The notes under the pieces were generated by a model. The model was not told the origin of the DNA, did not search any database, and worked only from the letters and a program-made list of their open reading frames with translations. From NCBI GenBank assembly GCA_965645245.1, contig OZ287068.1, positions 1,736,001 to 1,800,000 of the forward strand: 64,000 nt of DNA. The letters run 5' to 3'. The DNA is from Massalongia carnosa (taxonomy: Eukaryota). The translations under genes were made by a program, and so were the position numbers. This document shows positions 49,820-63,192 of this stretch, piece after piece; positions within the stretch are counted from its first letter, which is position 1, and every line of letters begins with the position of its first letter.

Positions 49820-50566
49820 CTAGATCCTCCCTCCCATATTGGCAGGATGATGTGCCGGATCTGGCTGCTCCACATCAGCGCCCAGGGGGCTGAACTTAGA
49901 AAACTGGCTAGGAGAGATATTATTGACGGGTGCGGAGATGTTGCGCATTGGCTGACGGGTTTCAGACTTGGGGTTGGTGTAGTACGAGGGCAAGGTATCG
50001 GAGCGAGCGAGGTGGAAGGAGCGACGCCGGGAGGTGGCGGATGAGGCAGATGAAGCGACTTTCTGCGTAGCGACGGCACCGTGAGCGCGCACCATGCGGG
50101 CCGTCAGCTCCAACTTGTTGTTGCGAAAGATGTAGCTCGCAAAGATGTTGACGACTCCGAGGACAAGGACAATAATGCCGGCGGAAATGACGATGCGCCA
50201 CGAGTGGATGCCGAGGGACTCCTCGCTAGTGGCCTTCTTGTTGAGATTACCAAGGATGGAAACGCCAACAGTAAGCATGAGGACGCCGAGGGTGACGAAG
50301 CCTGAAGATGGTGACAGCAAGGGCCAGTTGCGGGCGGTGTAGCTACGAAATATAGAGAATTCAGTGAGCAGGAGGAAGAGGCTCAGGAAGGCCGTGATGA
50401 TGTGGGTGACGGCGTCGAAGAAGAAGAACTTCGAGACCACAAATGTTCCAACTAGCATGGCGATGCTCGCCGCGGCTGCGGCCATGAGGCCTATGATGTT
50501 CATGACGCGGATGATGTTGAGGACCACATATCCTGGGCCAGCCAGAGAGCGTTTAAAGAGAGGCAT
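49820..50566 (-). CDS. Conserved fungal 4-TM membrane protein of unknown function
   Basis: LAGPGYVVLNIIR..., FFFFD, NWPLLS..SGFVTLG; four hydrophobic segments and a disordered tail ending HHPA. Confidence 0.7.
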   Translation of the reverse strand: MPLFKRSLAGPGYVVLNIIRVMNIIGLMAAAAASIAMLVGTFVVSKFFFFDAVTHIITAFLSLFLLLTEFSIFRSYTARNWPLLSPSSGFVTLGVLMLTVGVSILGNLNKKATSEESLGIHSWRIVISAGIIVLVLGVVNIFASYIFRNNKLELTARMVRAHGAVATQKVASSASSATSRRRSFHLARSDTLPSYYTNPKSETRQPMRNISAPVNNISPSQFSKFSPLGADVEQPDPAHHPANMGGRI

Positions 50567-51699
50567 ATTTGATAATGGCTTTGAAAGAAGATTGATAGCG
50601 AGAGATTTGGTTTCTGGCTTGGTAATATTTGCTCGAACGAGGATAGATAGCAAGAGATAGTAGCTCCAAGGCGCTATTGATAAATGAAAATAAGGATTTG
50701 GTAAATGTAAGACTGGCCTGCAGTGAAGACAGAAGGGGGCAAGTATTAAGTTATAGTTAAAGATGAACGCGGGTTCAGTGAGAGCAAGAAGAGATGAAGA
50801 AAAAGAAAATGGCGAGTCCTGTAAAACAAAGGTTAGCTGATAAGAGAAAGAGACAATGAATGAGAAAGAAAAAAGAGGGAAAGCGAGGTGAATTAAGGAA
50901 GTTATTGTCGTCCCGCGCTCGGAACGTGAGCCATTGTCAGTGCAAGGACAAACGAAACTGTTTGTTCCTTCTTCAATGTGTTATTCAAGAACGCGCCAGT
51001 CGCGACAGAGAAGCATGATTGGTTCACGTCTCTGTGATACTTATCCTAAGGTAGACGAAGCTGTAAAGTCACACCTTTACTCATCAGCCAAATTTAGATC
51101 CGAGATCGAAGCAAATGAGCAGCGTTTGGATGTTTTCGATCCTGGCCGTCATAGAGGACGTGAACTGTTAGGGCGTGTAGTGGTGGTCGCTGGTCGCTGG
51201 TCGATGGTGGATGCTTGATGCTTGATGCTGGATGGGATTTTGGAGTTGCCTGTTTCAGATCCTCGTTGGCGGCTACAGGCAGAGTTGAAACAGAGACCGG
51301 GATTCCGCGCGAGGTACGAAGTAGTGTCGAGTCGAACCTTCTTTGGCTAGTGATAACGCGATTGGTCTGTAGGTCTGGAGAACGAGCACGTATACTCTAG
51401 TCCTCATGAGACAGGACAAAGGCAAGATGTAGCTAGGTATCTTGCCCGCTGGTGGTCATGTTGAAACAGTGTGGAATATCAATCGTTCATGAGGCTCTAG
51501 AGGTTCTGATAGGCCATTGTATTTAATTCCGACGCTAATCAAAGCTCCGTAATAAACCTCCAAAACTCGTTCCTAAATTTAAAACATTTCTATTCTGTCA
51601 GCCAACAATCATACTTTCTCACTCCACAGCTTGAAACTTATCCCATCAACTATCTCTATACCTATTATACCCAGTGATTTATCATTGGACTTAAGCAAC

Positions 51700-52199
51700 A
51701 TGGCCCGCGGAAACCAGCGTGACAAAGCCCGTGAGAAGAACCAGAAGGAATTAGGTGCCATGGTAAATTCTACTGCCCCATTCCGCCCTTCCTTCTCCAA
51801 GCGTCATGTGTGTCAGATCTGATCGAAAGCTATCTCTAACGATTTTCCGCGCAACAGAAAAAGAAAAATACTGTAAGTGTTCAAAATCCGCTACATTCCC
51901 TACGCGGCTACATTCTCTCCAAGTTCCTTACAGCTGATGCCCCTGCCCTTAGCAATCTGGCACCGAATTCCAGCGCACAAAAGAGCAACAAGCTGCCATT
52001 ATGCGCCAGAAACAAGAAGAAGGTTCGTCTTCTCCTGTATCCCCACGCCCCCCCGGATTCTCCCTGGCAACTCCACCTCCATTCCGCCTGCCACCAACAC
52101 GCCTTCTCCCTTCCCAAACCCAAAACTACATCCAATGATACAAGCTAACTATCAACCCCTTTAGCGGACCAGAAGAAACGCACCGAAGAGAAAAAATGA
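51700..52199 (+). CDS. SERF/4F5-family small EDRK-rich protein (4 exons, missed by ORF track)
   Basis: Spliced product MARGNQRDKAREKNQKELGAM|KKKNT|QSGTEFQRTKEQQAAIMRQKQEE|ADQKKRTEEKK*. Confidence 0.9.
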
Positions 52200-53219
52200 A
52201 ATGCATCCGTATATCATGCATTCACGCATCACGATGAAATTGATTCTCCGATAACGCATATCCGGGCTGGAGGCGCACGGAAGATAAGCGGGATGAAAGA
52301 GGCACGAGAAACAGCTTCTCAATGATCTGAGGGATAAATTTGAGATGGAAATGGATGCGGTGGACAATTTGCCAGATTGGAGGTTGGGGGTCTGTTTTGT
52401 TTTGCTTCCTCCAATAAAAGGGGGAGATAGCGAATGCTGCATTTCCAGGAGTTAAGACCGCCAAGATATCTTGTGAACTATCTATGCAACCCGAATTTGT
52501 CTTACGCGTTAAAAAATCCGCCTTCTTTTTCGCTATTACCCCTATACATCGCTTTCCATGATTTTCTTCCCCCTCTCCACTGAATCAATCCCGCTCGTAC
52601 CGTCATTTCTTCTCTCCTTCCCTTACCTTTTCCGCCGGGTTTATTTCGATAGGGGGTTCAAGTTTGCCTTCTTCTCCATAAATCTTTAACTCCCTCCACA
52701 TCCCGAAAATCTCTCTCTTCCTCCTCCCCGTTTCGCTGAGGAAGGAAAGAAAGAATCGGTTAGTCAGTCAGTCAGTCAATCAGTTACCGGGTCTAGGTAA
52801 GGATTTGCTTTTGAATTAGGTAAAAAAGCACTTAATATTGAAAGTAGACAAGTGTCTATTGTAGCAGATAAGCCAAGGATGATTATTAATGTAATAGAAT
52901 ATACTGCTCTTAACAAATCTGATTGTTGCTCAATAAAATAAAATATATACCTTTATCCTTATGGTCTAGGTATATATGTAGTTCGCAGAGTAGAAGCTTA
53001 TGTGGTGTTTGCTTTTTGTAAGAGATGGATAGGGAGAGAGAGTGACTGTTTTTTTTTTGGTTATAGGGTTGGTAGGTAGATGGATAGATAGATAGGGAGT
53101 CGTGGGGGGGGTTGACACGGCTTTTATGCTTTCTGTTGTCTTTTTTTTGGTTGGGACGGGGGGGAGGAGACGGGAGAGACAGGGGAGAAGGGGGGGAAAT
53201 GGAGAGGCGTTGCATCTTC

Positions 53220-53303
53220 TTTCTTTCTTTCTTCTTCTTCTCCTTCTTCTTCTCCTTCTTCTTCTTCTTCTTCTTCTTCTTCTTCTTCTTCTTCTTCTTC
53301 TCC
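53220..53303. repeat. (TTC)n microsatellite
   Basis: About 84 bp of near-perfect TTC/TCC units. Confidence 0.95.
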
Positions 53304-54060
53304 TCGAAACTTCCGTTTCCACGCTCCTAAAATAATCCCTCCCCCCCAAACCCCCACAAAAAAAACTCCCTACCTAATCCATCCATCCTCCTCCCCGTTC
53401 CCAATCCACAAATCCATCAGATAAACAAATAAAGACCCCAGGAAGGGAATGAAAGACTGAACGGGCGCAAAAAAAAACTAAAAAAACGAAAGGAACAAGA
53501 AGGGAGCGAGCGGGATGAAGGTAAAAAGGAAGTGGGAGAGAGAGAGAGAGGAAAAAGAGTGGATGGGAGATTAAGTATTAGATATTAGATACATACATAC
53601 AATCAATCAATCAGTCAAAATCAACATTATGCTCCCTTCCTTCTCCCTTCCCCTTGTCCTCAAATCAAACCAAAACCCCTCTATCCCTCCCTCCCCCCCC
53701 CCAAAACAAGAACCTCAAGCAATCTCAACCCTTCCAAAATAGGGTGCAACAACCCTCCAGAAACACTGGCATCTTCGGCTTCGTGCTGATGCGCTCCGTG
53801 CCAGAACATAATAGGGAGGATAGATAAAGATGAGCTTAGGTGATTAGGTAGTTAAGGTGACCATCCGATTTGGACAAGGATGCGGGTTGTTGTTGTTTGT
53901 GGTAGTTAAAGTAGCGAGAAAGAGCACAGCTGCCCTCCACCCGGCCTTTCACCCGCTCACATAGATTCTTGCTTTCGGGATACGCTCCCTCTCCGCAGTC
54001 ACTGACCCCCGCACGCCGAAAACGCATACATTCCCTCCCTACTCTTCCGAACCTCCGACA

Positions 54061-56139
54061 TCAGCTAATCGCCTCATTCCCCTCCTTCTCATCCCGCCGC
54101 TCACAAGCACCGGTTCTCCTTTTCCCATCCTCCTGCACCCCTACGACCCCGGCCATACCTGTACCTGTCATGCTTACCCCCACACCACCCTCTTGGGCTG
54201 CCCCCGCTCCCGCAGACCCCGCACGACGAACTAGCCCGTCGGGTCCCCATGGCTGCTCGTACAGAATCGGGGCCCAAACCCGCCAATGCAAGACGGCAAT
54301 GTGCGCGACCCGCTTCGCGATGCTGAGCAGACTGCTCTGGAACCGGCTCTCCGGCGCCCAAGGCTGCCGCTGAAGATGTAACTGCGAGACGGAAATATGT
54401 GGGGGCGGAGGGTTGAGATGGTTGAGCATCTGCAGGGGAGATTTGTGCATGATCACGCGGACTTCCTGGTCCACGAGTTCTGCGAGGTCGGTACTAATGT
54501 CGTCTTGGAGTTCGTCGAAGACGGCTGATGCTTGGTTCCAATATTCGAGCAGTCGGGTTTCCGTCTCGTGGAGGTGGGCATCAGAAGGCAACGATCGGTT
54601 GCCGCTGATTTCGTAGCATTCACGAACGATTTCTAGGGCCACATCTTTTGCATGCTGTACGGGACTGGGACTGGGACTTGATCCAGGCCCGGTGATGAGA
54701 TATAAGATGCGAGCGAGGAGGCCATCACAAACTTTAGCCGAGGGAAGTCGAGTTTGGCCAAGTTGGTGGAGGGTTTCGATGAATGTCTCGCGGCAGGCAG
54801 TCTCCGTGAGGCAGGATTGGAAATCTAGCTGTAAGAGGCGGAGGCGGTCGAAATCGTGTTCGAACGTTGAGGGATAATTGTGGTTGTTCGTGGCTATAAG
54901 GTCGACGACACCTCGTAGGAATGTCGAGAATTGTGGACCTCGAGGTCTGTTGTCTAGATTCTCCGACTTTGCTTCGAACGCGTTAAACCATGAATGTGCG
55001 TTTCTAAGGTTTCCGTCGTGCAGTATCAGGCGTAGGAAGACGGTTTGCTCAAAGTGCACAAAGTCATCCACCATGAGCAGCCGCAAATACCGAATTTGAT
55101 GGTTTGCCACATCCTACAGTTCAGTCAGCTTAATTGACTTTCTGCTGCACGCAGGCAGCAAATGGCTTACTAATTTCATCGTCTCTAGAATCCCGAAAAG
55201 TTGCCTTAGACCATCCACAATACGCCGTGCATCGTCCGTCTCCACTCCTTGCCGTATGGTCGAAACCATAGTAGCGACGAGTGGATCCCGCATGGGTGAG
55301 CATGAGCCTAGCAACAAAGCGCTAAGCCATTCGCTCAGGGATATGATATCGCATACGCCCTTCTCCAGCTGCTGCACCAATAAATCCACATCCAGTCGAG
55401 CATCCACAATAGGCAACTCCGCCACCGGAACTAGGGTCTTTAATATTTCCCGAACGGTTTGAAACATCCGTGGCAGTCTCAGGGGCACCTTGTCAACCTT
55501 TGCTGGACCCAAATGCCACGGCGACTCTGGAGAATTTGTGCTTCGATCCCGCCAGCGTGTGATGTATATGGCAAATTCGATAACTAGTGCATTCCAGTAC
55601 CCTTTTTCCAGTGCCATTTTCATCTTACCAACTTCCCCATGAAGGTTTGGTCTGAACAGAACTTCTCGATCAAAGTTGACATCATGCCGTAACCTTGGAT
55701 CATTCACAATCCTGACAAGGTCAAGCTCGCTAAGTGATGTCTTCGTGACAGGAGGATCGATGCTCGCAGACCAAAGATACTCCAAAGCGTTAACATCGAT
55801 GCCCAATCGATCTAGCTCTTTTGGCGTTAAAAACATTTCCAGCGTTTTACGTGTTAGGTCCCGCTCTCGGGGACACTCATACCGTTGGGATTTAGTACGA
55901 CGGTGTGTGGCTCTCAAGCTGTGCCTTTTCAGAACCTCCGTTCTGGCACCTTCAGGGGTATCTTCCGGCCCTCTTATATCACAAGTATTGTTCGGGCATT
56001 TCCCGCCAGCTAAGTCATTCTCAGCGCAGGTCCTAGTCGGTGGTCGAATGTCTTCATGAGAATTTACATGCGTAGGGTGATCTGTTGGTGGATCGTGAAG
56101 AAAATGTGCATCCGCTGGCACTGGTTTTTGGTATTTCAT
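54061..56139 (-). CDS. SOK1: SOK1-like TCP11-domain protein (2 exons; start uncertain)
   Basis: PPVTKTSLSELD, NDPRLRHDVNFD..FRPN, SCSPMRD, LETMKL|DVANHQIR, STFEHDFDRL, HIAVLHWRVWAPILY. Confidence 0.85.
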
Positions 56140-57970
56140 GATTGATTGCGGTGTGCGGTGGCTGGAGATGAAGATGGCTCGAAGATAAAGTCAAAAATGG
56201 GGAATAGAATTCGATGGTGAATTATATTCTAGTTGACATATTATTTGGATGTCGCACATGGAAGCATAGCAATCTGATTGCCTGCAAACAGTTTTAGTAC
56301 CTTTGTTCCTTCCAGAAAAGCCAGCTTTAGACATGACGAGAACAGATCCCGCGCTTTAATTCATATTTTGGTTCGTGAAAGAAATTATTCACCTGTTGTT
56401 CACTTATCGTAATCAATGTTCATCACAAATCCTCCGTCACACCGTTGACGAATAAGAGTCGCAGCAGACATTCAAGATAGTGCCAAAAGCAATTTACCCT
56501 AAAGTAAGCTGTAAAAATCCCAGTAGTAGTAATGCAATAGCAGGTATTTTTTTGGTATTCTCTCCCTTTCGAGAAAAGTGAGGCGGTTGTAGTAAAACCT
56601 TGGCCACTGGATCGAGGGATAGATCCTTGCGAACATCACGTTCCTGATTCGCATAAACCAGGCTGTGGCTTCGGGATGATCCTGATCTACTGATGAACGG
56701 TCTGTTTAGGTCAGGAATGAAGCGGAATCACACCGCCAATCGCCCCTTTCACCCCTTTAAGATATTTTTCTCTGACTCAGCCGAAGGTACCAAGTACAAA
56801 GTTTTTTCTTTCTGCGCCGGTCTAATTCGGCGCGACACATCATCACTGCTCTCCTAATAAAGCATGTTGGTTGAGGTTTGTCTGTGGCCAATAGATTTGC
56901 AGGGTCGCCGCATTCGGATCAGTCCATATTCCATCAGGCGTCGGAGTGCATCTTCTACAGGTAAGTCATGAAGAACGCATTCGTTCCACGCCGGTGTTGC
57001 TTGATCCAACATGAACGAGATATGTCTGGTGAGCCTTGGGCAATCTTACGTAACCTCGCACAATGAGTGACATCGGGCGAGCACGTCGGTACGGCCAAGA
57101 GTTTGATGTTCACTCGTCATTGGAGTCGCCTTAGGCGTCCACAGCGACCCAACGAAGTGAACAACGATTACAACAAGAGCGAGGCCTTTTGGGGTCGCAT
57201 ATCTCGGAAAGGCGCATCGAGGGCTGAAATCTGCAACATTCTCGTCGTGTTCCGTAACGGACGGGAGGTGTTGCTTGGGGGCTTTCGGTGCAGGGCTCCA
57301 TTGAGGCAGATGGTAGGATGGTGTTACATGATCTCGCAGTCCTAATGACCTTTCCATAAAGAAAGATGGGCTGAATTTGTGGAGGATTAAAAATCGTAGA
57401 AAAAGTAATGAAATCAGGACAGTAGGGATGGGGGAAAGATCTGCAGATATCCGTGTCATCAGTACCTTAGCACAGCTATACTTTATAGACATCCAAGATA
57501 CGTTAGGTTGCCCGGCGGAGAATGAGGCTCTGCGTTGCCTTCCTTTTTCTTGTTCAAATCATTGGAGGAGGGAGCTCGTCACGATTAATCAGCGTATATC
57601 CCCTACGCCGCCATTGATCCGCGTCTTGTTCGCCTCACCGCAGATCGGGTGCTCTTTCAACGTCATCCTCAACGTCTCCATAACTTCAATGATGATCTAT
57701 GTCGTCTATTGACTATTGAAATATATTGCTTCTTGATATTCTCATCATGTCTACGTACCTCTATACAAAGGGCTAACAACATGCTGCTCAAGATGCGTGC
57801 TTCATGGAGAGAGCGTGAATGTATAATCATGCCTCCTTTACTTGCTTTTCACTATTATTTCTCTCTTGCGTGTAAGTTGAAGCCTTTTTCTGGCCGTATC
57901 ATGATCATTTACCCCCATTATGTGTGGTCAAGTGATTAGTTAAGTCTCATTTTATGCATGTGATTTTCTA

Positions 57971-58030
57971 GGAAAAGGGAAAAGGGAAAAGGGAAAAGGA
58001 AACGAGAAAGGAGAAAGGAGAAAGGAGAAA
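57971..58030. repeat. 7-mer purine tandem repeats (GGAAAAG / GAAAGGA)
   Basis: Direct reading of the sequence. Confidence 0.8.
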
Positions 58031-58362
58031 AATGAGATGGATTTTCTTTGCCTTCCAAGTTCATTCCCTGCATATGGTACTTTTATCTTACTACCTGCTA
58101 CCTAGACACCCTAAATCAGATCTTCTGAAACTTAAAGGTAGCTAGCCGGCCTTTGTAGGTATGTTTGAGCTCCCTTCAATCTTTCTGTGCGGTCTGAAAA
58201 ATGCTTCATCAATTTCATTCCAACGACAAATAAGTATCTTTCCCAATCTAAATAGATGAACTTCCACAATCAAACCTCCAACCTTCATGCCAAGCTGCGA
58301 TAACCTCTTTTCACAATCTGTCTTTACCTAACGCGCTATCGTAGCTCACTGCAACGCTGACG

Positions 58363-60352
58363 ATGCATTCACTCTCTCTTCTGCTGACTTTGTTCATGGA
58401 AGCAGTCTTTCTAATACCCTCTACCCAAGCAGGAGCGGGTTCTCCGTATTTTGCGAGGAGCCTTGGACCCAATGTTCACAAGTACGCTGTCGGCAAGCTT
58501 CCCGATGTGGATCACAAGCTCACTCCAAGTTGGGCTGGTCAAATCCCCGTACAAGGTACCAAAGACGACGAGCTCTTTTTCTGGTTGTTCGAAGCAGAAA
58601 CGCAATCAAACGAGCTGCTCAGTACGTGCAGTCTCCATCACCAAGGTGATTCCTTGACTAAACTCGTGACCTCAGTTTGGTTCCAAGGGGGTCCAGGATG
58701 CGCAGGTCTCGGTGGCATGGCGAAAGAAAACGGCCCCGTGTATTTCCCCGGGAACAGTTCCACTCCTCAGCCCAATCCATACTCGTGGACGAAACTAGCA
58801 AACGTTTTGTACGTTGATCAGCCTGTTGGCACCGGGTTTTCGGGAGGAAGCAATCCGGCCAACAACAATACCGAGATCACGGCCCAATTTTACAATTGGC
58901 TGAAAGTATTTTACCATGAATTTCCCGGCTTGCAATCCAAGGATACCTATTTGATGGGAGAGTCCTACGCAGGCATCTACGTGAGTCTTGCAGCGCTTCT
59001 TGGCCTCGTCTCACTGAAAAATTGCTGGCTTTCCAACACCTTCCTACCAACACTCACCCATTACAGATCCCATACTTCACCCAAATCATCCTTGCGAACC
59101 AAAAATCCCTCCCAATCACCTTAAAGTCCATCACCATCGGTGACGGCAATTTCGGGAACATCGCCGCCTTAACGGACGTCCCAGTCGGCAAGTATCTTCG
59201 CGAGCAAAACAAACTCCTCAAGATACCGCAAGACGTTCTCGCCGCGTTCGACCGTGCCGACCGCCAGTGCGGATTTGACCAGGTCCTCCGCCAACTCATG
59301 TACCCGCCGCACGGTAAGATCTCCATCCCGGGCAACCCTGAACAGGAGAACTTCAAGCGCCAAGACGATTGCTTTTCCACAAATCCCAATACGCCCGCTC
59401 TGATCAACGAGTCCGTGAATGCGCTCTGCTACGGCGGATGCGCCACCTGGAGCACCGCATCCAACTACCTGCAGCACAAGAACCCATGGTCCGTCTCCCC
59501 CCCACCCTCCAAAAACCCTCTCTCTTACCCAAATCTCCATAACGCGAGTTCCCCCTACCCCAACCTCGCCGTCTTAAAGAAGAAGCTTAACCCACCCCCC
59601 ATTCCCCCTCACAGCTTTAGCATCTACAATATCAACTACACCTGCGGCACCGCCCCCCCACAGGCTCCCTTCCTCACCTACCTGAATCGGCCCTCGGTTC
59701 AAAAAGCTATCCACGCCCCCCGCAAGTCCTTCGAAGCATGCAACAATACCCTCCTCCAGGCCTTATCGGACGAACTTGTCACGCCGCCCGCGTACGAAAT
59801 CCTGCCAGCGATCCTCGCCGCGGGTGTGCCCGTGCATCTCTACAGCGCCGATTACGACTTTCTATTCAACCATATTGGCACCGAGCTGCTGATTCAGAAC
59901 ATGACCTGGTGAGTTCTCCCAACCCCCCCCCTTCTCTTGCAGTTATTCATCCCTCTCCACCAATTCCTCGAGAAGCCTAACCCCTCCCCTTCCAGGTGCA
60001 ATAAGCAAGGCCTCCAACAACGCCCCACTAACCCCTTTCTCGTCGACAGCCAGCTAGCAGGCCACTGGGGCGCCGAGGTACGTACCATTTTCCCCCATAT
60101 CTTCAATTCATTTTCCTGTTAGTCCACCTATTATTCATATATTCCCCCATCCATTCATTCATCACTTCTTTATTCTATTCTACCGATCTACCTACCTATC
60201 TATTCGCCTAGTTTAACCTCCAAAATTAACAGCGCGGTCTCACCTACCACCACCTCCTCCGCGCCGGCCACGCCGTGCCTGTCGACCAGCCTGCCGTGGC
60301 GTTCGCCTACGTGCGCGACTTCGTGCTCGGAAATGGGGGTTATCTTTGGTGA
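58363..60352 (+). CDS. Secreted serine carboxypeptidase, family S10 (6 exons)
   Basis: Signal peptide; LFFWLFE, WFQGGPGC, NPYSW, YVDQPVGTGFS, catalytic GESYAG, ADYD and AGHAVPVDQP. Confidence 0.93.
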
Positions 60353-61219
60353 TTGGGGTGAGGGGTGAGTGAGGGTTAGGGGAAAGGGGGGTTCTAAAGC
60401 AGAAAATGCGGAGGGGGCTAAGGGGCAAAGGGAACATGGCTGGGAAATGAGGGAGGGAGAGGGGCTTTATAGTCTGTATGTATGATAGAAAATAGCTGGT
60501 GGCGTTTTTTTTCTCTTCCACTTTATGCACGCGCCTTTTTCCGAAACCGGAGAATTCCCCATACATACACCACTGTCGAGAACTCAGCAGATAAACCTTA
60601 TCTGTTGTCTTTATCTGTACTCTGAGACAGGGGCTACAGCTACCCCCCCCCCTCCCCGGAAGGGGACGTTCGTGGACTACTATAACAAGAGGAGGGAACT
60701 AGAAGCGTTGATGAGCGACGAAAGAATGTTGTGGTGGTAGTTAGAGGGAGTTGTAGTATCAGCAGATGCTTTTTACAAAAAGTTTATCACGTCCTATCTA
60801 ACAGTAAGTCTACCTACCTACTCAGTTTCCTCCCTCCCCCTGCGCTCCGTATTCTTGATCATCTTCCCTTCTCATCCATCATTCAACTAGCAAGAAGATA
60901 TAGCAGCAATCCCCCGCTAGGGGAAAAGCCCATCTATACCATGCTAGGGTTGTGGGTTGGTGTGGAGCCGGGAGATGCCAGTGTAGGTAACTATTTTCGA
61001 AAGGCTATCTAGATATCTTTGGATTTCAAAGATGTATCTCAAAAAACCAGGGTAGCTGGTATAGTAAAGTGGGTGTGTGGTGTAACATCATTTAAAAGGT
61101 AAAAGGTAAAAGGGTGTCACTTCTATCTATAATTTGTCGAGCGAGACATCATCAACTCCATCCCAAATCGCTCGTTCCGTTTTTATGGGACTTCTTGTTT
61201 GGAATTGAAGCTCCTCCGT

Positions 61220-62759
61220 CTAGGAGCGATCATCCCCATAGTGGTCGTTATACTCATAATGGACAGGCTCCTCAGCCCAAAAACCGCCAAGACGCTGCTG
61301 CTGCCGAACCCAGAATTGATGATAGCTGGAAGTATCTGCAATAGAAACTTGTACGTTAGGGGGAAAACTGATAAGAGAGCGATATTGGCGGTAGATGGAA
61401 CGATGATAATAATCATTGGGAGATGGGTCTGTAGACGACGGAAAGGAAACGCGGTAGAAACCGACGGAAGAGGAACCGATGATTTGTAGGGGAAGCAAAG
61501 AATCAGTAGAAAAGCTTACCGCGTCGCTCTGAGATCCCCAATTGTTGCCCAACGTTCACGTAGCCTTCTGCGTTTAAATTGCCTGTTTTTTGGATTTGCT
61601 GGATGGAGTCTACGTCGCCTTGCCAAAGGGTGCGGCTACAAGATCAAAGTATTAATAACCAAACTTGAAAGACCGTATTTTTTCCCCCACTTTTAGGAGA
61701 GAGATTTCGAAGGATGTATCTTACCAAAACACGCACCGAACCTGCTGTTTCGTAGTCTGGCTCTTGGCCCATTTCTCAAAACAATCTCTGTGAATATTAT
61801 TCCCGCACGCAGCTTTGCACCATACAATCTCCTCGACATCGGGCTGAAATTCGGTGAAGCAAATGGGGCAGTCACCGGTGATTTCTTTGCGGTGGGAGAT
61901 GTTGAGATTATCATGGCTAGAAAGTGGAGGAGGGGCTTTGGAAAAGATTTCGCGGAGTTCCTATACTGTGAATCAGATATCGTGGGTGGAAAGCTTAAAC
62001 TCATAGAATGTGGTTTACGCATACAGAGGAGACAAAAGCGAGTTGGTATTGAAGGTGCTGCGGGGCTTTCAGTACATTGTGGAGAACCTTGTGAAAACAT
62101 ATAAGTAAAATATCGAAAAATATAGAGCGGAATAAAATGTACGTAGATGATGTGCTTGCACTGATGGCTTTTTCTGTAATCCGGGCATGTGCACGATGGG
62201 ATGCGACTGATGTGGATATTGTATAGATTTCCAGTTGAGCCAGCCATGTCTACCATCTCTTGAGGAACTTGAGCACTACCGCCGCGGGTACGATGAATAA
62301 CGAACATCCTGCAGTGAATGAAAGTCAGTTATGCTTGATGCAGATAACGGGAAGGGAGCAGGTCTACCGTTGCGAGATTGCTCGTCCAAGCTTCACATGG
62401 AAGCTTCGTGGGGGGGTTTTCCGAAACGGCCTCAATCTTTTCTCTTGACCTGTATCCTTCTTAACTAGTTTTAATCGTTTATTCCGGACGAGAAGCGCCT
62501 GTATTTCTTCCATCTGGGTATTATCGTGCTCAATAACTTCCATTTTGGCATTCTCATCCTCTACCATTGCTTTCGGAGTAGAAGCAAGCATTATTTTCTG
62601 TTTTTTTGAAGGCGTCTCTAACTTTGAACCATCATCTCTGTCTAGGATCTCAAGGCTTTCGAGCTTCCTCTTCTTGTTCGTAGCGTTTCTCAACATAGAA
62701 TTTGCCACTTGTGTTGATTTGGATCGTGTCCGACTCGACAGCGGCAAAGAAGCAGACAT
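61220..62759 (-). CDS. SWIM zinc finger + RING finger protein, multi-exon
   Basis: EKRLRPFR, MAGSTGNLYNI..PSCTCPD...QCKHIIYV (SWIM). RING CPICF...WCKAACGNNIHRDCF...CVFCR; last exon DTSSYHQFW. Confidence 0.85.
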
Positions 62760-63192
62760 GGTGGAAGTCGATAGATTGGTTTACTAGAGATTAAAATTTC
62801 TTGCAGTATTGGTAGCAAATGCCTTAGCTCACTATGAATAATTCTGCTACCGCCAGACATTAAAGGCGAAGATAATGAAATGCCCCTCCGGGAGAACATC
62901 GGATAATTAGTTGTCCGGGGTTTGCCCGCCCAGCGCAATTATGTCAACTCAGAGATAATCCCCTTATAAAATTCAAATTTCCATCTCTACTTGTCTCCAT
63001 GAATCTATAACTAAATTCCAATAAAGTGGTTTGACTGTTCAATACTACCATACTATTTCTGAATTAAGCCTAAGTTACCTGGAAGAACGCCATCAAATCA
63101 TCGCTAAATAGGGCACAGCTAGTTTTGGGTAATTGTATGAAAAATAGATTTCTCTTGCGTGCTTTGAACAGCGCTTCCGATGATACTTTGCC

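Noticed and set aside
52910..53357. Poly-R/L/F/E ORFs
   Set aside because: These are translations of the (TTC)n microsatellite.
58363..60352. S10 carboxypeptidase as a dedicated Kex1-like partner of the repeat precursor
   Set aside because: It lies 30 kb away behind many housekeeping genes and lacks the Kex1 C-terminal TM anchor.
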